DNA of 64,000 nt from Hydrolagus colliei (taxonomy: Eukaryota). The stretch lies in the NCBI GenBank assembly GCA_035084275.1, contig CM068744.1, positions 84,382,001 through 84,446,000 of the forward strand, given 5' to 3'. Made by a program: the position numbers and the translations under genes. Shown here piece by piece: positions 13,020 through 23,552 of the stretch. Every line of letters begins with the position of its first letter. Position 1 is the stretch's first letter. The notes beneath the pieces were generated by a model, which did no database searches, had not been told where the DNA came from, and was given only the letters and a program-made list of their open reading frames with translations.

Positions 13020-13250
13020 TTTACTTTGGCCAGCCAGCATGAGACATGCGGAATCCTATTACCGTGCTTAAGAGTATGAAAACCAATGAGACATGAAAAT
13101 CCCAGAGATAGATTGCTGGACTGGAATGCACACTTTCTCCTCGGAGGAACGCATCCTGCTTATGTAATTCCGGAATGTTTTAGGCGCCAGTTGGCAAGAG
13201 CGAAGACTCGTGGACCCCAGAGTGTGTGTTGGGTAACTACTGGAATCTAA
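13020..13250. repeat. Unclassified old dispersed repeat, second copy at 48590-48840
   Basis: Shared GTGGACCCCAGAGTGTGTGTT plus collinear upstream similarity. Confidence 0.7.
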
Positions 13251-14429
13251 CCAGTTAAAACTGCAGTGCTTGACATTGGTATTGAGGTCTGACGAGCTTT
13301 GCCACTGTTTGTCCAGCTAGGACCACCCTACCAGTTAGGGTTAACAGCTGAGGTGGGATGTTCCCTGCAACTGGTTTGTGAAAGCAAATCATTTCAAAAA
13401 GATTACAAAACTGAAAAGGTAAAACTCATAGTTCTTGAGACAAAATAGAGTTGTTTGAGTGGTTGATACATATACTGCTTCACAGACACAAAACATTAGG
13501 TTAGGGAATTCCCTTTTTGATGTGTATGACAAATGTATTGCGGGCTATTCCCACTACAGGCATATTGGCGTCAAAGAGACTGATAAGAGTCAATGGGATT
13601 TGAGCAGAACACTGAGTGATGATTATCAGCATGTGGAGTAAGGAAACTTGTCTAAGGTTGCGCCCTGCCTGAAATTGAACCCAGAAGTAAACAATGTAAA
13701 GGGTTCAAGAGGTGATGTTTTCCAACAGAGAAGGGATGCAAAATCAATGGGATAATGGAGGTTAAGGTCAACATAAAGACTTGTCGGACACTAACAGCCT
13801 TTCCCTGTCCAACACATGCTATGCAGTCCTCGGGAACATCTTCAGCATCAAAGTGCTACTAATATAGGTGCCCTCTGCTGGACAACAAGTGCACTTACAA
13901 ACGCATCACGTTTTACTGCACAAGCCCCTTAAAACCTCAAAGAAAAGGTCATTTTCACCAAAGATTCACATCTGTGTGTGTGTGCAGTGCATCAGTCTCA
14001 CATCTGACAGTGACGCGTATGCTCTTCAGCCGGCTACTTCACTTGCCGATATAAAGATGTTGATTTTGCCCCCAAATCAGCACTAAGCAAGTCTTTCTGT
14101 GTTAATTACAGCTGTGAAATGCGGAGACTAGCAATGGCAGAGCAATGGAAGAATTACGGTGGCTATATAAAAAGCATTTCTAGCACTCTCCAGCACAGAC
14201 TCAGGACTTGAGACCTTCTGAGGTTTTGTAGAACAAGAAAGAACTTGGAACATAGCCAATAAACCTGGCGAAAAGTTGTCTCCGTGCAGGTGTCAGAGTA
14301 CAGAAAGAAACAGCGATTTACAAAGGAAGAATTAATAATAATCCTTGAATTTAATAAAGTGCTGTATCATGTTGTTGTTGAGATGGCTCAAAGCGCTTCA
14401 AAGAATATATTCATGTAAAGTGGACCTTG

Positions 14430-14622
14430 CCCTACCTCTCCCTCTTTCTGTTAGTCCTTAATACCCTCTCCCTCCCAACGTGCCCCAGTTCTGACGAAGG
14501 ATCAGGAACCCAAAATGTTGCCTCACTTTCCTTTCTCCATAAATGCCTGACCTGCTGATTGTTCCCAGCGATTTCTGTTTTTGTTTCAGGCTTCCAGCAT
14601 CTGCCGTATTTTGCATTTTTTC
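14430..14622 (+). mobile_element. Penelope-like element terminal repeat fragment with decayed hammerhead motif
   Basis: Reverse-complement match to 41752-41940; CTGACGAAGG...CAAAATGTTG; CCTGACCTGCTGA. Confidence 0.8.
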
Positions 14623-14805
14623 CCCCCACTTATTATTCTATTCACTCCTGGGACAAAACCTCAACACAGGGGTAAAGAACATCCATATATCAACACTTGT
14701 AAATTAAACCAAGAAGAATAATTTGGGAAACATTATTTTTTAAAACATGTACTCTTCTTTACTGATCTTAATTGGCTGGTTTAGGCTGAAAGAAGGAAAC
14801 AAATA

Positions 14806-15497
14806 CAGGTATGCCCCGATTTACGACAGGGTTGCGCTCCTGAAAAATGTCACCTAAATTGAAATGTCATAAATCGGAATGGATTTTCCCATAAGGACCC
14901 ATTATATAATCCGAGATGCGATCTTTTGACAAAATTTTCAGACCCCCCCACTAAAATAACATTTTGCAACAAAGAATTTAATGATAATGAGGCAATGAAT
15001 TTAATAAATGAATAATTAATTTAATACCACATCGAGCGGGTCCCGGCGGCTCTCAATCGCAGTCGAGTGGATCCCATACCGCTAACAGATCCAGCCTCTA
15101 GGACCCAACATGAGCCCGAGACCTTGGGGAACCACTGATGTAGCGACATGCTGTTGGTCAGCTTAACATGATGTCAAGCAGCTGCCGGTTGTCGATTGGA
15201 TGAAATGATCAGGTGATCCCCAAGGTCTCGGGATTGTACTAGATATACACTTCCACTTGGGCCACTGTTTGGCTCGTTTTTCTCAACATCTACACGCATT
15301 TCAGGTTGGTATACAAAATATACTAGATATACTGCGTACTGTATTTAGATTTTTTCTCCCCCAAAAAATTCAAGTATAATTTTAAAATGTCGCTAAAACA
15401 AAACAAAATATTGTACATCGATAAAAAGGTGTCAAAAAATTACATTTGTTAAATCGAAATCATGTAAATAGAGATCTCGTAAATCGGGGGATACCTG
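14806..15497. mobile_element. Tigger/pogo-like MITE family B
   Basis: TA|CAGGTATGCCCCGATTTACGA ... TCGTAAATCGGGGGATACCTG|CA terminal inverted repeats; no ORF. Confidence 0.85.
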
Positions 15498-15866
15498 CAC
15501 AATACTTTTAACAACCTTCGAAGGAGAACTGGAAGTAATTATTGTTGTAGCCTAAACAATGCTCCCAATTCTCCCTGCTCATTTACAACATGCCCAATTG
15601 CCATTAACTTTAAAACTAGACGAGAATAAATCCCTACATTCAGAATGATAACTGCTCCGAAATAAATTAATTGAAAGGAACTTGCTGCAGCTACTTCAGA
15701 ACACCACGCACAAAACAACAAAGTACAGTATTGATGATAGTGGGCAACAGAAGTGATTGTTATACATGTGTTTACTGATATGTTTCCCAACACCTATTGC
15801 AAGGACTAGATGTTTTACACAAAACTTTATAACAGAAGCTCTTATTATGCAATTCACAATGGCTAG

Positions 15867-15956
15867 CTACAGCTGGGTGTCAGTGAATATTGTGTGCTCT
15901 TTTGTAACTGTACTGAAGCCTTTGATGGACTCCAACAATTCTTCATCATCTGGGTA
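15867..15956 (-). CDS. USH2A: USH2A last coding exon (YPDDEELLESIKGFSTVTKEHTIFTDTQL*)
   Basis: tttcag acceptor, 30 codons including TAG; homologous to the usherin C-terminus (human ...TFTDTHL). Confidence 0.95.
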   Translation of the reverse strand, partial: YPDDEELLESIKGFSTVTKEHTIFTDTQL

Positions 15957-16427
15957 CTGAAACACAAATAAAAGGGAATTAGATTAGCATCCACCGTTTA
16001 CAGCATCTTCAAAATGCTTGAAAGAGATTTAGACCACAGGGTCATTTAATCAAACGTAACGTGCAAAGTGATTTAATCATGTCGTGAAACCTTTGGTAAT
16101 TAAGATTTGATTTAATGATTAGTCATGGCTTCACTTTCGATTCTGGACTGGTACAATTTATACCGATTCTGAAAATGAGATTATTCCAATCACTGCTTCC
16201 ATGATTCTGTGCATTTCCTCTACGAATCCTGCACATTATAATAACAATAATAATCCTCGCATTTGATACGGCGCCTGATCACGTCTTTGAGATGTCTCAA
16301 AATGCTTCGCAGATTATGCTGATAAGTGAATTGACTGTCTATTTTGTGGGCAAAAAGCAGCAAACAATTGTGCACAGTAGTGTCCCACAAACATTGAGCG
16401 ACCTTTACATATTAATAATTTAATTAC

Positions 16428-16643
16428 CATTCCGCTGTCGCGGCCCTGTACAAGGGAGTCCCACATCGAGTCTTCAAGCAAGGACTTTTTGTCGTGTGTA
16501 TCAATAAGCTGACTGACACTGCGATGCAGGGAGGTCTGGGAATAGGCCTGGCTCAGCTGGCTCTGGCTTGGCATACGTAACACTGACATTGTACGATTGC
16601 TGAGCTGAGATCCAGGTTCTGGGATTTTTGTGTCAGTCAGCCC
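16428..16643 (-). CDS. USH2A: USH2A penultimate coding exon (GLTDTKIPEPG...SLHRSVSQLID...GRDSGM)
   Basis: ttgcag acceptor, gtaatt donor, 216 nt, phase 0-0; within ORF 16314-16694. Confidence 0.95.
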
Positions 16644-17134
16644 CTGCAAGTCAAAGGAATCATGAACAAAGATGAAAGTGATAACAATTTGCATTTATAT
16701 AGCACCTTTTACACAGTGGTGAGTGGTGACCAATTGGAGCACTCGGAAAGAAATGGAACAAACTGATCTAAAATAAGGCTGAACCCTAGTTTTCTGCGGC
16801 AGAGAGTGTGTCAATGAGACTGGGGGAGAGAAACAAGTTAAATACCTTTTGCTGCTTGGTGTGATGACATTGATGATGGGTATTTATAATGGGATTTTAA
16901 TTAGAGTTCTAACCACTGCTTCATTGTTCCCGTGCAGTGTTGGGAGGAATACCCACCAACAGCAGAGATATGTCATACAATTTGTTTTGCCATTTTTGCC
17001 TCTCATTCCAAGGATCAGAGCCCAGTGGGCGTTCCTATTGCTTACAGTGGTTCCAGTGTCGCTATTATGCACAGAATATGATGTTCCATGCGCACAAAAC
17101 AGGATGGCATTGCACCTTACAGTAAGCTCCTGAT

Positions 17135-17525
17135 AAATCATCGCTGCAATTCACTTTCAAGGTCATTCATGGCCTTGCCCCCTCCTATGTCTCTGACCTG
17201 CTGACTCCTTTTGATCAAATCCTTTTGCCCTACCATCGGTGGGCGGGTTTTCAGCCTCTCTGTCCCCACACTCTGGAATTCCATCCCACAGTCCCTTTAT
17301 CTGACTTCCTCCCTTGCCTTCTTCAAGGCTGGTCTCAAGACCTTCCTCTTCGTTCGTGCCTTCTGTCGCCTTCCCAACTCACTCCCTCCCCTCCTAACTC
17401 TCTCCCTCTCGTTCCCCCCTACCCTGCCCCTCCCCATTGCTTGAGTCCTGACCTGACTGTTCAGCGCCTTGGGACGTCCTCCCGACATGAAAGGTGCTCC
17501 ATAAATGTAATTTTGTTGTTGTTGT
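17135..17525 (+). mobile_element. L2-clade LINE 3' fragment
   Basis: TIGGRVFSLSVPTLWNSIP...FKAGLKTFLF; tail CAGCGCCTTGGGACGTCCTCCCGACATGAAAGG...(TTG)n. Confidence 0.88.
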
Positions 17526-18019
17526 AAGGGAAAAGGATTCAGTGGCGAGTTATGCAGAATGACTAGTTAGCCAGATGTATAAACAGTGTACATAAATAAA
17601 TGCGGCCAGGATACTGTCAGCATGATGGCTTGAGTGACGAGTTATCAGGATTTATTGGTCTGGTCCCATGCCTCAACAGGCAGCATGGATACGACTGAAC
17701 AAGAAAGAATTCTTTTTAAAATAACATTTATTTGGCAAAGGCTTTAAAGGGACGGTAAACAATAACCTGCACCATCATAAAGAATAAGAAATCTGGCCAC
17801 AGAGTGATAAGTTTCCTACAGTTTGGCAATCTGAGTTGAATTCCCTGCTGATGATATTGAATGCGTACAACAATGGATCACAAACTCAATTCACCACGCA
17901 GACAATTGACGCAGTATTTTACTCAGTCCTGCCACCATACTACAAAGTTATTTGCAGTGGTGGGGAGGGAGGGGGGAAGATTTGTTGTGTCTTGTAAATT
18001 CGTAGCACAATCTGTCAGA

Positions 18020-18290
18020 TGTTAGCCTGGTTCAGTCAACAGCACTCTCAATCCTGAATTAGAGGCTATAGATTTAAGTTGTATGTCAGGTGCTTTGTGC
18101 TTATAGTGCACCCTGATAATCCAATACAGTGCTGGGGATAAGAAGCTAAACAGAGTTCACATTTGATTGGTGGGCGTTAAGGATTCCTTGTCACTATCGG
18201 AAAAGAGCGTCATGGCTGTTCATTGGGCATTGCTGTTGACAAATTGGCTGCCACCTTTGCCTATCATGCAAGTTTGTTAGCTTGGCACTT
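18020..18290 (+). mobile_element. Old Deu-domain SINE, degenerate
   Basis: Head CAGCACTCTCAATCCTGAATTAGAGG; 3' TTGCTGTTGACAAATTGGCTGCCACCTTTGCCTA. Confidence 0.5.
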
Positions 18291-18609
18291 CAAAGAAAAG
18301 TACTGTACTGAAAAGTAACTTGAAAACGAAGGCAGTGCTTTAGAGGTCGATGAATTCTGGATGCTCTGAAATTTTAATAGGATAAATCTAGTCCCAGGTG
18401 GAATTTCTACTCGTACACCTGCATATTTTCATAAAACTTTGTCAAACAGCTTTCATTGCAGAAGTTGCCTCCGCTAACAACATTGAGGGGATTGCAAACT
18501 CAGCACACACTCCATGCAGCACAAACCATGCAATTAGTGCATTTCAGCAAGACCCAAGTCTTGCTCGATTTATTTGCACACAAGTGAGGCCACACACCCT
18601 CTGGCATAC

Positions 18610-18681
18610 CTCAAAGCACATTGTATAGCTCTTAAGTGTGACAGAACCTGAAGAATCTGAAGGCTCTGCAACAGAGTCAAA
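18610..18681 (-). CDS. USH2A: USH2A 72-nt cassette exon (FDSVAEPSDSSGSVTLKSYTMCFE), counterpart of the inner-ear-enriched exon 71
   Basis: tctttctctcctcag acceptor, gtatgc donor, 24 codons, phase 0-0; resembles the mouse peptide as I recall it (FDSVADISDVSSNVTLKSYTMHFE). Confidence 0.9.
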
Positions 18682-19714
18682 CTGAGGAGAGAAAGATAAT
18701 GTTAACAGCTACGCTCCAGTCACATTGCACAACGTAGAATGTACTTGTAGTGGTGAGGCCTGCTTTAGACAGTAAATATGAAACTTGATCTTTCTGTAGT
18801 TAGACTATCGAGAATTCTTGACATTTATATTCATCAAGCGAAGAGTAACAATTTAGATGTTTTGTGTTTATGCTCCTTGTATCAAACCACCACCATTTCT
18901 ATACAGCCTTTCATGTTGGGAGGACATCTCAGAGCTGACTGGGAGTTCAAACTGGGCCTGTGGGGGGGGGGGGGGGGACTTGAGTGAGATGGTGGTGGGT
19001 AGGGGTGCGGTGGATGAAGGTTGGTTGAAAAGATAAGTCTTAAGGTGGAATATAAAGGTGGGAGGAAAGGGGAAAGGCAGAGGGACACTGGGACATGAAA
19101 GATGGGGATGGGTTGATGGAAATAACAAGCCAGGGATCCCTCTTCCCAGCAAGCCCATATTGATTGCTTTGAGGTGGGAATAGTTTAAAGCTTGGCTATG
19201 TTGATATTGCCTTCTATGGCAGAATAGTCTGCTGACTGTAAATGTTTCCCCCTCTTCATGTCTCGGCCTCTGCCTCCGCCATCGTCAAGTGCCCTGAGAT
19301 GTCACCTGGTGAGGAGGACGCTAGATAAATGCAAGTTGTTGTTGTTGGTGGTGTTGTTTAGGCTCTCACCTGAACAATAGATGTAAAAGGCGCTACCATT
19401 CCAGTGAATCTGCACCTCTAGACTTTCAGGCAGAAAAACTGAAAATACCCTCTAACTTGAAAGGTTAAAAATAAACACGATGCAAAACAAGCCTATTACT
19501 TAAACAATGATATGATCCACAAAATAAATCATTATTTAGCAGTAGAAATTTCTGTGTAAAATCAGGCGACAAATCTCTACTGGTTGGTCCATTTACCAAG
19601 CTTGGCAATGTAAATTTGTATTGTGAATACACCAGACTTTCCCAGACTATTGATCTGAAAAAGTGTAATGGTCTGGGATCTGAGCATGGTATTGGGATTT
19701 CTGTGGTACATTGT

Positions 19715-20428
19715 GTACGCAACCTTGGCGTCAGGTTCAATCCCAACAGTCCTTCCTTCCCCACATCCGGTCCCTCACCAGCACTGCTTTTTTCCACCTC
19801 CGACGGATCGCCCGTCTCTGGCAATATCTCGCCCCAAAAGCTGCTGAAACCCTGGTCCATGCCTTTGTCACCTCTCGGCTGGACTATTCAAATGTCCTCC
19901 TCGGTGGTCTTCCCTCTATCACAATCCATAAAATTCAACTCAAAGAAAATTCTGCCGCCCGCACCAAATTTTGCTCCCCCATTACCCCAGTTCTTGCCAG
20001 ACTTCACTGGCTCCCTGTCCCGGAGAGCATCGATTTCAAGATCCTCACCATTGTTTTCAAATCCTCCTCCACTCCTCTGCACCCACCTACCTCTCCGACC
20101 TCCTCTCTCCTCAAAACAACACCCGTTGCCTTTGCTCTACCGGGTCTGGCCTCCACCTTGTCCCCCGAATCCTCCGCTCCACCATCAGTGGCCGTGCCTT
20201 CAGCCACTACACCCCGACACTATGGAACTCCCTTCCTCACTCCCTTCGCCTTGCCCCCTCTCTTCCTAGTTTCAGGTCTCGGCTAAAGACCTTTCTCTTT
20301 GACTGCGCCTTCGGTCACTTTTCTCCCCCTCCCACTGGCTCGCCCCTGGGATCCGTTATTGTGAAGCGCTTTGAGACGCCGTCTGGCGTGGAGGGCGCTA
20401 TATAAATCAAAGTTGTTGTCGTTGTTGT
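19715..20428 (+). mobile_element. L2-clade LINE 3' fragment (variant tail)
   Basis: AFFHLRRIARL...AETLVHAFVTSRLDYSN...LHWLPV; frameshifted. Confidence 0.92.
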
Positions 20429-20871
20429 CAATAGTAAAGCACGAGTGGTAGGAACCAAGCACCACAATCATAACCTGCTTTTAATGGTTCATTCCCAAAG
20501 TGCACAATGTAAATATAAACTGGCTATTTGATTGAGACCGTGAGACTGGAATAAATGAATTCAGTCTTAGAGTTAGCAAGTTAACACATGACTGAGAATA
20601 GATTCCGCCTCTGTGAGTACACACTCCTCCACAAAAGCAGTAAGAGCTGTGAATCCCTGACTGTCCAGCGCCTTGGGACGTCCTCCCAATCAGTCAGAGG
20701 CAGGACTGGTTGAAGAAGTTTCAGCCTTTAGAAGGATATGCTAGTTATCGTTAATGTGGCGGATTAACAAACACCCCAAATTTCACCAAAGAAGCTCACA
20801 TTGATCTGACTTAAAAACAGACATCACTCACCACTTGTACTTATTTATAACTCAGTAAGCCACTTACTTAC

Positions 20872-20976
20872 CTTGTCCTCGGATGTTTCTTCCACAAGTG
20901 GGGTAGGTACAAGAGGGACTTGCAACGTGGCTATATTGGAATACTGACTAGAGGCACTATCAGCTTTAGAGGTTTT
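20872..20976 (-). CDS. Candidate additional USH2A 105-nt in-frame cassette exon (KTSKADSASSQYSNIATLQVPLVPTPLVEETSEDK)
   Basis: AAG|GTAAGT donor, long polypyrimidine tract, ~137-nt AG-free zone, phase 0-0, no stop; no homology I can recall. Confidence 0.55.
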
Positions 20977-21769
20977 CTTGGTCAGGAAACACAGAACAGT
21001 TAATAATGTCAAGAAAGAAAGAGAAAAGAAAGTGCAGTTGAAATTTTGAGCACAAACAGGAATAAAGTGAGTTCAGGTAAATAATAAGGAATAAAGTGAT
21101 TCCAGATTAAGATTGCTTGATTGGTTGATAGATTTCAAATGGTCAGTACATGGCCACAGTCTTGTTAAGAACAATTCCATTTTGCCAAGATTTAAATGCT
21201 GACTTTAATGGTCATGGAGTCTTCTCCGGGTTGAATTTAAGTGACTTGTTTGAATTGCTGTGTTTATTTTGACATTCTTCCGGAGGATTCAGCACAATAT
21301 CTTATTTAACATCACTTATTTAACAGCACAAAGCAATGTGGAAAAGAAATCCAACTGTGCACGTAAATGCAAGAAGTGGATTAGCTGCCATTGCCTGGAT
21401 TCAAAACAGTAAAACGTGTCAACATCTAAAATTACAGACGTAATATAAACACTCTGTCAGAGTTTGCACCTTCCAGGACAAACACAAATAGGGCAAAATA
21501 ACTTAATAACAGCTTGCATTTATATGGCATCCTTCAAGCAGAATGGCATCTCTAGTTGCTGCACAGCAGCTCTGAGCAACGGAGAAGAGAGGGGGAGGTG
21601 ATAATTTAAGTCTGATAGATGGACTACAATGAAAGACAGGAGTTCATGGGAAGTCAATGTTATTGTCAACTGCCTTGTGTGTTTCATCTGCTATATGGCT
21701 CTTTTGTGGTACATGGTGAGGGCTTGAGGTGTCAAAGTAAAACAACTGGAATGCATATACAATATAATT

Positions 21770-22725
21770 GCAACAACAACCACAAAATTACAGTTATAGA
21801 GCGCCTTTCATGTCGGGAGGACGTCCCAAGGTGCTGAACAATCAGGTCAGGACCTGGGCAGTGGAGTGGTCGGAGTAGGGGGAAGGGGAAGGAGAGTTGA
21901 AGAAGAGGGAGAGTTAGGAGGGGAGCAGAAGGCATGGTCGAAGAGGAAGGACTTGAGACCGACCTAGAAGGAGGAAAGGGAGGAAGCGAGGTGAAGGGAT
22001 TGCGGGATGGAGTTCCATAGTGTGGGAGCAGAGAGGCTGAAAGCCTGGCCACCGATGGTAGGGTGGTTAGGGCGGTGGATGCGGAGCAGGCCAGAGCCTG
22101 CTGAATGGAGGGGATGGGCAAGCTGATAGGGAGACGGCAGGTCAGAGAGATAGGCGGGGGCAAGACCGTGAATGGCCTGAAGGTGAGGACGAGGATGTTG
22201 AAATCAATCCTCTGAGGGATGGGGAGCCAGTGGAGACGGGAGGTGGGAGTGATGTAGTCGCGGAGCCTGGTGCAGGAGAGTACATGGGCCGCAGAGTTCT
22301 GGATAATCTGCAGCCTGTGAAGGGAGAAGCTGGGCTGGCTGACGAGGAGAGAGTTCTCGTAATCAAGCCTAGATGTGATGAATGCATGAATGAATGTTTC
22401 AGCAGCATGTGGGGTGAGGTAATGGCGGAGTCTGGCAATGTTACGGAGGTGGTGGAAGGCTATACCAGTCATGGCACAAATATGGGGGAAGGAAGGACAG
22501 TTCGGGGTCAAACAAGATGCCCAGATTCCTGACTAGTTTTGAGAGGTGGAGAGAACAGCCTTGAATGCCGATGTTGTCAACTCCTGAGGTGCGGAGGCGG
22601 GGTGGACGGAGGAGCTGGTTGGTGGTGGAGAAGAGAAGCCGGGGTTGTCCTTCGCTTCCAGGATTATCCTGGAGTAGAAGGACGATTTGGCGGAGGGTAG
22701 AGAGGAGTTGTAGGACAATGTGAGG
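21770..22725 (-). mobile_element. L2-clade LINE fragment with internal deletion
   Basis: ORF 21732-22511: FHHLRNIARLRHYL...[10 protein letters not shown]...LQIIQNSAA...LHWLP. Confidence 0.92.
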
Positions 22726-22846
22726 TCCAGCCAGAATTGCAATACCATTTACACTTACATAGGGCCTTTCACCTCGTGAGATAGTGCTTGTCTAATCTAG
22801 AATAGTTTGCTGCCTGATGTTATCAGTAGATTCCCAAGCAACTTAC

Positions 22847-23076
22847 CATAAAGGATTCATTGGGCACATTTGTTCTCTTCTGTAACGGGACTAAAGGTGG
22901 TCTTTCACGTTTATATGGTTGCTTATTGACTGCTCTTTGGAGAAGCAGAGCCAAGATGATAGCCACAAACAGCAGCCCAAGAATTGCCATTAGGATAATG
23001 AACCAGAGTTCACTGTAGAATGGAGTCTTTGCTGGATGAACCCCTGTTTTTCCATCGGCAGAAGGTAGTAAAGGAC
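22847..23076 (-). CDS. USH2A: USH2A transmembrane exon (human exon 70 equivalent): FYSELWFIILMAILGLLFVAIILALLLQR...RERPPLVPLQKR
   Basis: ttgaag acceptor, gtaagt donor, 230 nt, phase 1-0. Confidence 0.95.
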
Positions 23077-23239
23077 CTTCAAAACAAGAATTCACATCAA
23101 TTTTCTTTAAAAGTTTGCTGAAAAATTATTATTTTCAAAGATGGGGAGAAAGGGTTGAAAAAAACATGTTTTGTATGAGTCATGTTTTAGTATAAAGAGG
23201 AACCTTAATCCAATGCATTTTGGTTTAGCTCTACAGCTA

Positions 23240-23552
23240 TAATAATAATAATCCTTGCATTTGAAATAGTGCTTTTCACATCTTCTAGACATCTCAAAGC
23301 GCTTCACGGAATAAGCTGTAAAATGAATTCACTGTATATTTGTGGGCGAAATGCGGCTGCCAATTGCTCACAGCAGTGTCCCACAAATAGTCATGGATTG
23401 AAATGACCAATTTAGTATTGTTTTTTTTGAGGGATTATTATTAGGCGTGTGGAGTAAGGAAACTTGCCCAAGGTTTCACCCTGTCTGGTAACTTAACCCA
23501 GGTCTCTCGCTTGCAAGATGAGTGCTCGAACCACTGAGCTACAGGACTCCAC
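23240..23552 (-). mobile_element. tRNA-derived SINE (main family), full length
   Basis: (TAA)n tail through to AACCACTGAGCTACAGGACTCCACA head. Confidence 0.9.

Noticed and set aside
19616-20405. Long ORFs (217, 191, 144 aa) as possible genes
   Set aside because: Frameshifted L2 ORF2 remnants and their alternative frames; same for 21732-22511 and 29586-30233
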